64,000 nucleotides of DNA from Octopus bimaculoides (taxonomy: Eukaryota). The translations under genes were made by a program, and so were the position numbers. Positions 12,419-24,880 of the stretch are shown one piece after another. The stretch's first letter is position 1, and the number at the start of each line of letters is the position of its first letter. The stretch lies in NCBI RefSeq assembly GCF_001194135.2, contig NC_068985.1:43992878-44056877 (forward strand), in the 5' to 3' direction. Under the pieces are notes generated by a model that did no database searches, was not told where the DNA came from, and saw nothing but the letters and a program-made list of their open reading frames with translations.

Positions 12419-14053
12419 TGTATGTGTGTGTGTGCTACTGTTTCCTATCTCGGCTTCATGTAATAGTCGTAAATGAGTGTCACTATCATGCAATCTTTGA
12501 TTAGTTTGCTTGGAAACAGACAAGGTTTCAGCATCAGGAAGGATGCCTGGTCATAAAAATGCTGTTTCAACAAATTCCATCCAACCTTTGCAAGTATGGA
12601 AAAATAGATTTTAAAACAAAGACAATGATCAATGAATGACTAAAAGTTCTAAAGAATTAATATACATTCAGTTTCTTTATCCAGTTACATATTTAAATTG
12701 ATGTCATTTAACTTTAGAGAAAGACAGTCTTTCTATTGTCTTTCAAATACATTAGTTTTTATGTCTGGTGTCTTATTATCTAAATTATTTCTTCATCTTT
12801 TAGTTAGATGGGAAGTCAGTACCCATGATCCATTATAGGACCTCAAGACTTGTATGAGGTGGGGAGAAAAAGCATCTTCAAACTTAGCCCGAAAGCTTGA
12901 AACAAAGTACACTTTTCTAAAAGCACATCAAGTGTCAGATTGTGGTGTTACATTAGTTGGCAGGTTAAGTCTACCATCCAAGAAGAGACGTGGTGGGATT
13001 TGAACTAAGAATGCAAAAGTCAGAACAAAAATACCACAAGGCATCTGGTTCATTATTCTTACATTTCCACCAACCCATTGCCTTGGATTGGTGCTTCTCT
13101 ATTGATCCCTGGACGAAAGGCAAAAATTGACCTCAGCAAAATTTGAACATGCAGTGCAGAGATTTGGAACTGATAGTGCAAATCATTCTCTGTGATATTC
13201 TAAAGACTACCAATTTGCTATTCATCATGTCCTCCATTTTATTTTCATATCTTTCAAACTCATTGAAAACAGCTTAGAAAGATTTTTTTTCTTTTTTTGT
13301 TCATTGCACAATTTGCATATCTTCTCAAATGTAGGACATTTTCCTTTAACAAACACTTTATTCATAGCAACAATTTACACTTTAGAAACATCTTTTGTTG
13401 GTTCACATGAGATACATCAGAGACAAAAAAAAAAATAGGTTGTATTCCATGAGAAATACTGGCTCTGTTGCAACAAATCATTTCCTGTTGTTGGATAAAA
13501 TTCAAACATGTATTTAGAGCAGTGTTTCTAAATCCATATTAATGTTTGAAGGTTATTAATAATTTTTGTTATATACAAATATGATTGATAATACAATGCA
13601 AACAGTGATTTTTTTACAATTTTTTTTCTATATTTATAACTTGAAATGTTAAAAAAAATTTTTTATCCAAAGTACTCCAGAAATGTTTTTTTTTATCTCA
13701 AATCTACTAAAATTTCAAAAAGATTGAGAATTTATCATCTAGAAATCTACTTTCCTGCCTCCTCTATGTATGTGGTGTCTGGTATACACCTTCAATAAGT
13801 CTCATTTGTATCAATTTCTGTTCAAGGCTTTAATTGCTTTCACTAAATTTATCTCACTCACAGTATTGATACTCATCATAAAGGCAATGCAACTGTTACA
13901 AAAGAGTCTCTGACTATTCTTGACGAAGGGATTTAGATCTGGTTCTTTCAGGATCCTTCATTGCAGGTCACATATTGTTTCTAACAACTTCATCATGTAT
14001 CTTAAAACCCTCAGCTTCTAGCTGCTTCAAATGAATTATTATTGGCATTTTCT

Positions 14054-15177
14054 TTTCAGGTAGATGGCCCTGCTCAGTATGTAGAAAAGGAGTAGGTAGT
14101 AACTCTATAAGATGTACCCGGTGCAAGCTATGGACACATAAGAGGTGCAGCAACATCAAAGGCAGGTTAACTAGCAAGTTAGTTTTTGTTTGTGGCAGAT
14201 GTTCAGGTGCAATAAAGACTGCAAACAAACAGGAAACAACTTCTATCTCATTCCAGGGTGAAAAACTAGAGGTAGTCGATAGCTTCCGCTATCTGGGCGA
14301 CCAAGTTAGTAGTGGGGGTGGGTGCGCTGAAAGTGTAGCTGCTAGAATAAGAATAGCCTGGGCAAANNNNNNNNNNNNNNNNNNNNNNNNNNNNNNNNNN
14401 NNNNNNNNNNNNNNNNNNNNNNNNNNNNNNNNNNNNNNNNNNNNNNNNNNNNNNNNNNNNNNNNNNNNNNNNNNNNNNNNNNNNNNNNNNNNNNNNNNNN
14501 NNNNNNNNNNNNNNNNNNNNNNNNNNNNNNNNNNNNNNNNNNNNNNNNNNNNNNNNNNNNNNNNNNNNNNNNNNNNNNNNNNNNNNNNNNNNNNNNNNNN
14601 NNNNNNNNNNNNNNNNNNNNNNNNNNNNNNNNNNNNNNNNNNNNNNNNNNNNNNNNNNNNNNNNNNNNNNNNNNNNNNNNNNNNNNNNNNNNNNNNNNNN
14701 NNNNNNNNNNNNNNNNNNNNNNNNNNNNNNNNNNNNNNNNNNNNNNNNNNNNNNNNNNNNNNNNNNNNNNNNNNNNNNNNNNNNNNNNNNNNNNNNNNNN
14801 NNNNNNNNNNNNNNNNNNNNNNNNNNNNNNNNNNNNNNNNNNNNNNNNNNNNNNNNNNNNNNNNNNNNNNNNNNNNNNNNNNNNNNNNNNNNNNNNNNNN
14901 NNNNNNNNNNNNNNNNNNNNNNNNNNNNNNNNNNNGCGGGTGGCACATAAAAGACACCATTTCGAGCGTGGCCGTTTTCGTGCGGGTGACACGTAAAAGC
15001 ACCCACTACACTCTCTGAGTGGTTGGCGTTAGGAAGGGCATCCAGCTGTAGAAACTCTGCCAAATCAGACTGGAGCCTGGTGTTGCCATCCGGTTTCACC
15101 AGTCCTCAGTCAAATCGTCCAACCCATGCTAGTATGGAAAGCGGACGTTAAACGATGATGATGATGATGATGATGAT
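14054..15177 (+). mobile_element. Young 5'-truncated RTE-X-type LINE spanning a gap
   Basis: Stop-free frame to 14366: SGRWPCSVCRKGVGSNSIRCTRCKLWTHKRCSNIKGRL..FVCGRC..EKLEVVDSFRYLGDQVSSGGGCAESVAARIRIAWAK. After the gap, 3' UTR and (GAT)n tail. Confidence 0.92.
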
Positions 15178-15849
15178 CTAACCCCAGTACAAATAATTTT
15201 ATTATCTTCGTCAATTAATGACATTTATCAGAGTCATTCAGTTTCTTGGTTTGAGAGTTAACCATAAAACATTGCAGCCACATCAAGACAAAGTTAGGAT
15301 CAGTCAATGCTCATCTGAATCCTGTTTGTAATGCCATTTGTTGTGAAAATCAGTCTAAGGTCAAATGGCAAAGTCATTACAGTGATGGATAGAATACTTT
15401 GTGGTATTTGCTCTAGCTCTCTACGCTCTGGGTTCAAATCCTGTTGAAGTCAGCTCTGCTTCTTATCCTTTCAGAGTTGATAGGCAGAACTGTTAGATCA
15501 GGTAAGAAATGCCTTGCAATATCTTTCCTGGTTCTTTGTATTCTGATAGCAATGCCAGCAATATATTGATGCCAAGCTGTATGGGACTAAGTTGGTAACC
15601 TTTTCTCTTGGATAAAAATCAGTGAAATAGAAAGATGTAACTTGTTCTGACAACAACACTTGCAATGTTACTGTTGCCAAGCTGTATCGGCCCAAGTCAG
15701 TGGCCTTTTCCTTGGACAAACATCAATAGCATAGAGAGAAGAGACTTCCATACATGGACAAGTGCTAGTTTTCATCAAAAAGTCTTGCTCAGACCTGCAC
15801 AAATATGTGCAGATGCATGGTTAATATTGACTGATGGAAGATCAGTCTA

Positions 15850-16310
15850 GCTACGTCTTCAAGTTTTTATTTAGCTAAAGATAATATCTTCATCTCTATA
15901 TCTAACAGCTGTGTAAATATATTCTCATAATCCCAGATCCATTCTATTTCTTTAGTGCAAAACTCTCAAGAGAAAACTATGTTTTTCTCTTGTAATTCTA
16001 TTTTTTCCAAAACGTCATTCTTTTAAACACTCGAACATTTGTTTCAATGTTCATGTTTAAAGTATAATTATTGCCAAATTTTTGCCTGTATTGACCTTAA
16101 AGGAAATATATTTTCAATTTCATGCTAAAAATTCTCTAATCTCAACTGATGATAGACTTCCATTGTATTTGTTCACATCAAGGCATGGTGACCACTACTG
16201 TTGGGAGAATTGATTCAAAGTGAATCCTTCCATGGACACCCTTCTTAGTCTAGGTATTTTCCCATCCTCTCAACCTGTCCAACTGGCAGTCATTGTCTTC
16301 CATCATAAAT
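15850..16310 (-). pseudogene. Possible decayed coding sequence of unknown family
   Basis: Protein-like frames joined across assumed frameshifts and stops; no recognised motif. Confidence 0.2.
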
Positions 16311-16409
16311 CAATACTGAAGTAAGCTGTTATTAATGTATTAATTAGTTCTCGTAAACTAAATATCCTTTTCTCATTGCATAATTGTATTTTAATTCACT
16401 TTTCATACC

Positions 16410-16635
16410 ACATGCTTTAGCATTCAAATTATTCTGTTAAATGTAATACTTTTTCATTCACATTGTTTTGAATTGACCATGTATTATTTTGTATCTTCGA
16501 GATTTTGATGATGTGATTGTTTATTTTTAGAAGGACATTGTAGGTTGGTGTGAGAGGCTGGACATGATCAGTTTGAACATAAAACATGTAGAATATTTGG
16601 GTCAAATATGGCTGGTTTAAATACTAAATGGTTAA
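16410..16635. mobile_element. piggyBac-like MITE, diverged copy
   Basis: ctttagcattcaaattattctg...ggctggtttaaatactaaatggttaa; inverted relative to 9265-9495. Confidence 0.65.
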
Positions 16636-17663
16636 ATATATTGGCAAGAACTAGACTGTTATTTACATGTGGAGAGCATGTTCATTTTGAACAAACATAT
16701 GGCTGAGATAACTCTTCAGTCTTGTCAAAGACAAAACGACCTCTTTAATGCAGGTGCTATGAAAAAAGATACTTAACACAGTTTGTAAAAGAATTAGTGA
16801 TTGAAAGGACATGTCAAATGAAATTCTTGAGTTAGATATAGTCACTAACAGTTGAAGAGAATATTGACTTCAGTTAAGAATTGATTTGGTCTGTGATGAC
16901 CTGTCCAATTCATGCTAGCATGAGAATTGAATGTAACATGATTATGATGATGATAATGGTATCTAACTAACATATTCTTTAGAATATGCTAACTTCTACA
17001 CCTATTTATCTACAATATTGTACATTTACTTCATATTTCAATGATCATTGCATCAGCAGAGACTATGAAGTCTGTTTCACTGAAGTGGTCAAATAAGATG
17101 GAAACATTTCAAGTTGGCTCCTGTCTTGTTGAATAATTAAAATGTTAGTCTTTAATTAGTAACTATCTTTTGTTCATCCCAGAATTCTTTCTAGTAATTT
17201 TTCTATGCTTCTTACATTAAATATGTTGGCAGTAACTTGCCTATGACGGTAGTAACTTACCTATATTTACCAAGGTACAATCTAGACTCTATAGAAGTAG
17301 TTTTAGTCTACATCATACAGTTTTGTATTCCTTATTTTAACAGCACTGCTTACACCAGTGCTGTGTGAATGTTCTCATTTTAAACCTCACCAGTGCTTGT
17401 TTTTAATTTTAACAGTCTGAAACCAGTAAGATAAACAGCGGTAATAGATTTGGTTGTTCCAGTTTATTACGTTTCCTTCCACCAAAATTTGACCCAACAA
17501 TCAGTCAAATGAAATTGATATAAAGGCATAGCTGTGTGGATTAGAAGCTTGCTTTGGAATCTTGTGGTTTTGGGCCCATTTCCTTGGGCAAGTGTCTTTT
17601 TCTATAGCTTGAGACTGATCAACACCTTGTGAGTGAATTTTATAGACAGAAGCTATAAGGAAG

Positions 17664-17856
17664 CTTAGCGGTATTTCATCTGTCGTTACGTTCTGAGTTC
17701 AAATTCCGCCGAGGTCGACTTTGCCTTTCATCCTTTCGGGGTCGATAAATTAAGTACCAGTTACGCACTGGGGTCGATGTAATCGACTTAATCCCTTTGT
17801 CTGTCCTTGTTTGTCCCCTCTATGCTTAGCCCCTTGTGGGCAATAAAGAAATAAGA
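17664..17856 (+). mobile_element. SINE family B, CpG-rich young copy
   Basis: ttctgagttcaaattccgccgaggtcgactttgcctttcatcctttcggggtcgataaattaagtaccag...gggcaataaagaaataag. Confidence 0.9.
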
Positions 17857-18137
17857 AACTATAAGGAAGTTTGTTATATATGTATGTGTCTCTGTGGTTT
17901 TGTGTTTATGTTGTCTCCCACCACCTCTTAACAGCCAGTGTTGGTTTGTTTACATCTCCATAGCTTAGTAGTTTGGCAAAAGGTACCTATAGAATAAGTA
18001 CCAAATTTAATAAATATTTAATAAATAATTGTTCAAGGTGGAGCCACAGCATGGCTGCAAGCCCAATGAATGAAACAAGTAAATTCAGACTTCAGGTTAT
18101 CTTCTTTTGTAATTCCATTCACATTCATGGTATATTT

Positions 18138-18362
18138 AAGGTGGTGAGCTGGCAGAGTTGTTAGCACGCCGGGTAAAATGCTTAGCAGTATTTTGTCTGC
18201 TGTTATGTTCTGAGTTCAAATTCCATGGAGGTTAACTTTACCTTTCATCCTTTCAGGGTCGATTAAGTAAGTACCAGTTACACACTGGGATCTATGTAAT
18301 CAGCTTAATCCCTTTGTCTGTCCTTGTTTGTCCCCTCTACATTTAGCTCCCTATGGGCAATA
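18138..18362 (+). mobile_element. SINE family B
   Basis: ggtggtgagctggcagagttgttagcacgccggg head and the same central motif as 17664-17856. Confidence 0.9.
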
Positions 18363-20597
18363 CAGATATAAATTTTTGGAATATAAATCAACTCAGTTCT
18401 TGATGGACTAGTAATAACTCTGGCAATCATGCCAGCTGCTTTGGATGCCACATCATGTTTAGGATCTGCCAAATACAAAGAGTAAAATATGAAAATAATA
18501 AATAATATAAAATAAAGAGAGAATGTGAAAATTCTTTGCAAATTGTTGCATCTTCAGGTGATCTGTGCAACACCCTGGACTTTCTTTCACCACTCATTTT
18601 CCTTTTCATATTTGTAAGAAAATTATATTGAAATCATTGTCAATTATGTAAATACAATTTCTCTCATTCTCCCCCACTCTCCTTCTTCTAGTTATATTAA
18701 TGAAAAGATTCGAAGCTTTTATTATGGTAGAACATACTTTATTTCTCCATTTTCATATTTCTTTTCTCTTGAGAAAGCTTAGCAAAAATTCTATCTGAAG
18801 AGGTGGCCAATATTCAGCTTGTCTGTGATAGCAGCAACCCCAGGTTTCACCCTGAAAATACTCAATAACACTGGTAAAGATTATGGGTCATTGAGGCAGT
18901 TTGAAATGGCTGAAACCTATCTAGAGTTATCTCACCATGCTGCCTAGTTCAAACTTACTACTTTACCACATTCTAATTTTCAGTAAAATTTTAGAGTTGT
19001 TTCCTCTTATTATCCTTTCATAACCTTAATTGATCATTCAGCTAATCAGTCTGTCTTCGCACTGCAAAAATAATTTTAATTAATTTCTTGTGACAGTGGC
19101 TTAATTACATTTGCACCAAAATTACTATTTAACTTTCTTTATTACTCATGGAGAGCCCTTTAAATTTCCAGTTCCTTTATTCTCACATCAAAAACTCATA
19201 CCTTCTTCCATCACAACTTACACCTCGTTGAAGCTCTAGCTTAAGTTATGCAAGTTAGTTATTTAATTTATTCATTTTAATCATATTGAAATTTTCACTA
19301 GAAAAAGATATTGGCAACATGTAGATGTATATTTATTGGAATGTCTTCAACATTTTTTTCTTCTATGAGAATGTCTGCAATATTTTATCAAATTTTTTTG
19401 CTTTTAGAACTTCACTACAATGTTGCAAATATTAAATGTCAATTTCAAAGGCTACTATAGCACTTTTACAGAGTCTGTACTTATCAATACAGGATTACCA
19501 TTGCCTATTTTACATAGTCTACACTTTAGCTTCAAATGTTATTCACAAAGTTAAGGTTTTTTTGAGAGAATCACCAGTGTGTTTAATATTATAGAATTTA
19601 AAACATAAATCAGATATTAAAATAAGCCACCAGTTTTACACTATACACACACACACACACACACAATAAAAACAGATGAATGGATTACCTGGTATTACTA
19701 CAATCGTTTCGTTAAGAGTTTTTACTGTGATGTAATTATAGTTCAGTCTGGTGTGCTGTATGCACAACATTTGAACAATAATGTAATATGTTATGAAACT
19801 TACAATTCATCAAGCTAACCAAACAAACAAGTGAACAGTGACATGTTGATTAATCAACAGATCATCAACAAGTGAAATCTCTAATTAGAATTACCAACAT
19901 CTAAACATAGTGAAGTGGGTGTGATTACAATCTGTCACTCATGGAAGGTGGATAGCAGAATGAGGTTGTAAATTAAAGAACAGGTAAAGGTGTTTCTATT
20001 CCAAAGATGTCATTAGACATCATGGCTAATAGTAGGAACATTCCTATGTATTTGTGTGTGTGTGTTTAAAGTAAGGAACATACATGAGAGCTAACGTTGT
20101 GAATATTTTAGAAATAGATGTTAAAATGTTATTTTCAACTGAAGATCATAGAGTATGTTTGTCATGCAAAACATGAAATCAATTGATATTGAAATATACA
20201 TTACTTACTGTATTCAATGCAAAGGTAAGCCTATTTCTCATATGTTCATTGCATTGCTTGTGTGTATCTTTATCGTGAGTTTATGGTGGGTTTTGGAGCA
20301 TTGACTCTGATTTTAGCAAGTGGTCTTATATACCCTATTGAATCTTAATTTACCTTATATTGTGCCTGTAATGGTGTGAACTTGCTAGCCACCTTATTAT
20401 TACCATATTAATACTATTAATAACAGCAGTAATACTTCTATATATTTATATATATATANNNNNNNNNNNNNNNNNNNNNNNNNNNNNNNNNNNNNNNNNN
20501 NNNNNNNNNNNNNNNNNNNNNNNNNNNNNNNNNNNNNNNNNNNNNNNNNNNNNNNNNNNNNNNTATAATGAGTAAACTGACACTCTGTCAATTACAA

Positions 20598-20880
20598 TAA
20601 CGAGGGTTCCAATTGATCTGACTAATGGAATAGCCTGCTTGGGAAATTAATGTGCAAGTGGCTGAGCACTCCACGTAGTTCTCAGGGAGATTCAGCATGA
20701 CACAGAATGTGACAAGGCTGGCCCTTTGAATTACTGGTACAACTCATTTTTGGCAGCTACATAGACTGGAGCAACATAAAATAACTTGTCTTGCTCACAG
20801 ACTCAACATGCTGCTGAGAATTGAACTCATGACCTTACAGTCGTGAGGTAATTACTCTAATTACTAAGCCATGTACTTTC
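20598..20880 (-). mobile_element. SINE family D
   Basis: Reverse complement begins gtacatggcttagtaattagagt...gagttcaattctc and continues ttgctccagtc and caaagggccagccttgtcac. Confidence 0.75.
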
Positions 20881-20919
20881 ACATATAATGAGTACAATGA
20901 AAACAAGTAGCTGAAATGG

Positions 20920-21240
20920 GGTTCATTGTTGGGTGTGTGGAGCAACGTTACTTGACAGGGGACTCTTCAGGTTGAGTCACTGCCTTTCCACATTGAGAGA
21001 TCAGGCTCTGGTACTACAGGCAAGTGATTTGAATATCACAGGAAGGACTCTTCACACCGAAGCAATTGACTGGTGAACTAGGAGTAGACCAAGAACAAAA
21101 TGGCTGGATAATATCTATAGTCTTAGGTGGTCATACTTGGAATACAGCCAGAAAGTCTAATGATGGCTGCTTCTGACAAGACCATAAGTCTCTACCCACA
21201 TGAACCTCTCAGGAAAAGTAGGTGGAGAAGATACTTGAAT
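20920..21240 (+). mobile_element. RTE-clade (Rex3-like) LINE 3' remnant
   Basis: Frame PRTKWLDNIYSLRWS/LGIQPESLMMAASD resembles the RTE C-terminal GRPRTRW...LGI.PEEL motif. Confidence 0.6.
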
Positions 21241-21271
21241 GGATATGTGTGTGTCTGTGTGTGTATATATA

Positions 21272-21485
21272 CAAGGTTGCTGAAAAATTCCTGGCTTTCA
21301 GGCTATTGCAAGAAGGCCTGATTGGAGGCCAAACCTTCCGTGTTCTTTTTCAGGGCTTAGAAAAACTGAAGGACCACTGCAATAAGTGTGTGAATCTGAG
21401 AGTGGAATATGTTGAATAAAATCATAATTAACTGACCCTCCTGTATTTTCTTTTATCCAAGGCCAGGAACTTTTCAGCACCCTCA
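21272..21485 (+). mobile_element. Mariner-derived MITE
   Basis: TIRs ..GCTGAAAAATTCCTGGC / GCCAGGAACTTTTCAGCACCCTC with TA flank; internal GLEKLKDHCNKCVNLRVEYVE* matches a mariner transposase C-terminus. Confidence 0.85.
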
Positions 21486-21490
21486 CATAT

Positions 21491-21580
<90 letters not shown>

Positions 21581-22084
21581 TTTGATTATTTTTTCAGTTG
21601 GTAATTTTAGAAATTTTTCAAATTTGACTTAGGGAAGTTGGGTGAGAGTGTTTACATATAATGATGACGGCAATACTCCAGTATGGCCTCAATCCAGTAA
21701 AAAAAAAAGTATTTATCAGTAGTGGGTCTTCTTTTTTATTTTATCTAAAACTTGACCATTTTCACTTCCATTCAGATTGTTGTAATTGTTGTAGGTTTCA
21801 TATAGTATTTCAATGCACCTCAGAGTTGTTTTCGTTGTTGTTATTTGGGCCAGATGAGTCCTGGATGTTCAATGACCAAAAGATATTTTGGTCATTGTGC
21901 ATCACAAGATCTCAGTGAGTTCTCTTTTAAAGCCAGCAAATTATTTGAGGGAGATTTTGTTAGTATTTTTAGTGGCTCAATGATGGTGTAGAGTGGTTTA
22001 CTGTCGTTGTGGATTTAATTAAATGGAGCAAGCACTCCATCAGAAGTATTTCAGCAATCTGTTGTATCTACAGTTTACAGAAAT

Positions 22085-22690
22085 AAACTGGACAGTGGAG
22101 AGTGTGCAACATGTTCAGATTGCAGTGTACAATATCTATAAGTGTACAGGACAGTGGAAAGAGTGCAACATGTGCAAACTGCTACACTGCACCACATACA
22201 TGCATGTTGTAGTGTGTACTTGTCAGTGGAGAGAGAGAGAGAGCACATGTGCTGACTGCACACACATGGACGCTGCACACTACAACATGCATGTTATACA
22301 GGCAATATCTACAGGTGTACAGGGGGACAGTGGAAAGAGTGCAACATGTTCAGACTGTCATACTGCACCATGTACTTGCATGTTGCAGTGTATGATGCTC
22401 ACAGTTGTGCAGGACAGTGGAAAGAGTGCAGCATGTTGAAACAGTCAGACTGCCTCATGTACATGCATATTGCAGTGTGCAGCATCCACCACAAGTGTAC
22501 ACAGTTATAAGAGTGCAACATGTTCAGATGGTCACACTGCACTACATGCATGTATGTTGCAGTGTACAATATTCACAGGTGTACAGCATGTATAGTTATA
22601 CAGAAATAGACTGAACAACAGAAAGAATGCAGTATGTTTACAGTATCACACTGTGCTACACAAAGTGTGCAGCATCTGCAAGGTGTGTGT
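22085..22690. repeat. Diverged ~87-bp tandem repeat, about 6-7 units
   Basis: Anchor (g)acagtggaaagagtgcaacatg recurs near 22091, 22150, 22326, 22413 and 22500. Confidence 0.85.
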
Positions 22691-22699
22691 GTATATATA

Positions 22700-23120
22700 C
22701 CGTAAATCCTCAAATATAATCCATACTTTTTCCCAAAAATTTAAAGGTCAATATTTCCAGTGCGTACTATATACGAGGTTAAAAATGAAAAATATTTTCT
22801 AAGCAAAATTTTCTCAGTGATAAATATGTAAAGGCAATTTACTTAATATCTATTTTTCACTGACATTATTACTGTTATTTCTTTATTTTCTGCAAAGTGC
22901 ACAAAAAAGCTACATGTTTGCATTATGTTATATATACAATAATAATAAAGAACGTTACCGTATATACGTTTACAAACCAAGGACGTTATATAGACCTCCT
23001 TGACTCAAGTTAGAGAAGGGGTGCATATTATACACAAGGTTTAGGTTTTTCAGAGGTACAGCCCCCTAAAAATCCCCTGCGTATTATACTTAAGGGCGGA
23101 CTATACTCGAGGATTTACGG
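22700..23120. mobile_element. Tc2/pogo-like MITE
   Basis: TA-CCGTAAATCCTCAAATATAATCC...GGACTATACTCGAGGATTTACGG-TA; 23-bp TIR with 3 mismatches. Confidence 0.9.
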
Positions 23121-23124
23121 TATG

Positions 23125-23169
<45 letters not shown>

Positions 23170-24657
23170 GCAGATCTGTGAGACTGTTCAGCTAACTACC
23201 TGCATGGGATAGTGGTCTATCAATAAAACTTGAATGGAATGGAGAGGACTATCTCCAACTGACTTATCTTGTGGGTGTATATGGAGTGAGTTGAGATCTA
23301 AAAAATTTTTCTCTATATAAAAATATATCTGGATTTTCATGGAAGATCTTTCTATGGGACACAAAGAATTTTACACCTGGAAATCAACACACACACACGT
23401 ATACATAATTGTATGTATGTATGTATGTATGCAAATATATATATATATATATATAGATAATGTATGTTGTGTATGTGTGTGTGTGTGCGTATATATATTA
23501 GGATACACACGCACACACACATGACATATGTAGGCACTGAGTGAGGAGGAGCAATATGCCTCATCTCTGATAAATACTGGTTTCTATAGTTACAGCTCTT
23601 TTGCAATATCGTCCATCAATAGTGTATATACAGTTGTAGGATGACAGCAAACAATCCAACTTTCTTGACTCATTTATATGGTCCATATTATAATTTCAAT
23701 GAGTCACACTCACTAATATCGTTTTGATGCTGGCAGTGATTGTGGGTGGATGGTGGGTAAACCACCTCCAGATAAAGCTTTTTGTAAACTACCATATCTC
23801 TTAGTTCTCTTTCCTTCCTGCTTTCTTTCTCGTGTTAGTCAGACAGGTGCTTGGTGGTGTTGTGTCTGTTAAACCCCCCCCCCATCCCGCGCCATCGCCA
23901 CCGCCGCCACCACAACCACCGCCACCACCACCTGTGACTACTACTGCCATCATCTTATAACAACCTGTTAGGTGTTCTGCTTTGTGAAATGTGTAATATA
24001 CTAATTAGAGTTATAATAATAACAATGAAGACTAAGACTATAGTGGTAGTGGTGGTGAGGGTGATAGTGGTAGTTGTGGTGGTGGTTGTGAAAGAAGTGA
24101 CAATGATAATGATTTCTTTGGATGATGATCTAGAAATAAAGAATTGCATGAGAGTCAAAGAATAAAGGATTGCTACAAAAACAATGTAAGAGCACAAACA
24201 CACGTACAGAAATAATATGGGATATTACCTGAAGAGGTTGCCAGTGGAATAATAGGACAGTACTATAAAATGAATTAGACTAAATTGTTTTCCAAACTTA
24301 GCTCTAATCCCCCTAAGTTGTAAGTTCAAAACTTGTTCAGTATAATTTCTTTCATCTTGTTAGGGTTCTTATTTTAAGTGTACTTAGGAAATTATAGGAA
24401 CCATAAATCTGACTGTTCTGCTAAAAGATATGCATTCTGCATGTTATTTGTATAAAGTGGATGAGGTCATGGGTGTGTGGTAAAGAACTTTGCTTTACAA
24501 CTATGTGGTTCTAGGTTCAATCTCACAACATATCATCTTCAAAATTTGTCTTCAAACTGTTGCACTGTGCTGACCAATACTAAGTGAAACTTTGTGGTAG
24601 TCCACTTAATACATACATACATACATACATACATATATGAATATATATGTATATTGT

Positions 24658-24880
24658 TTTATTCTTTTACTTGTTTCAGTCATTTGACTCTGGCCATGCT
24701 GGAGCACCACCTTTAGTCAAACAAATCAGCCTCAGGACTTATTCTTTGTAAGCCTAGTGCTTATTCTATTGGTCTCTTTCTGCCAAACTGCTAAGTTACA
24801 GAGACGTAAACACACCAACATCAGTTGTCCAGCATTGGTGGGGGAACAAACACAGATACACAAACATATACATTCATGTG
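24658..24880 (-). mobile_element. SINE family A, 3' half
   Basis: ttttacttgtttcagtcatttgactctggccatgctggagcaccacctttagtc. Confidence 0.85.

Noticed and set aside
16040-16110. ABCA-transporter motif (KFG..YTL)
   Set aside because: It needs a frameshift, and the expected upstream nucleotide-binding-domain motifs are absent.
22085-22690. CRISPR array or C2H2-ZNF array
   Set aside because: Eukaryotic context, no conserved repeat/unique spacer alternation, and no C2H2 consensus.
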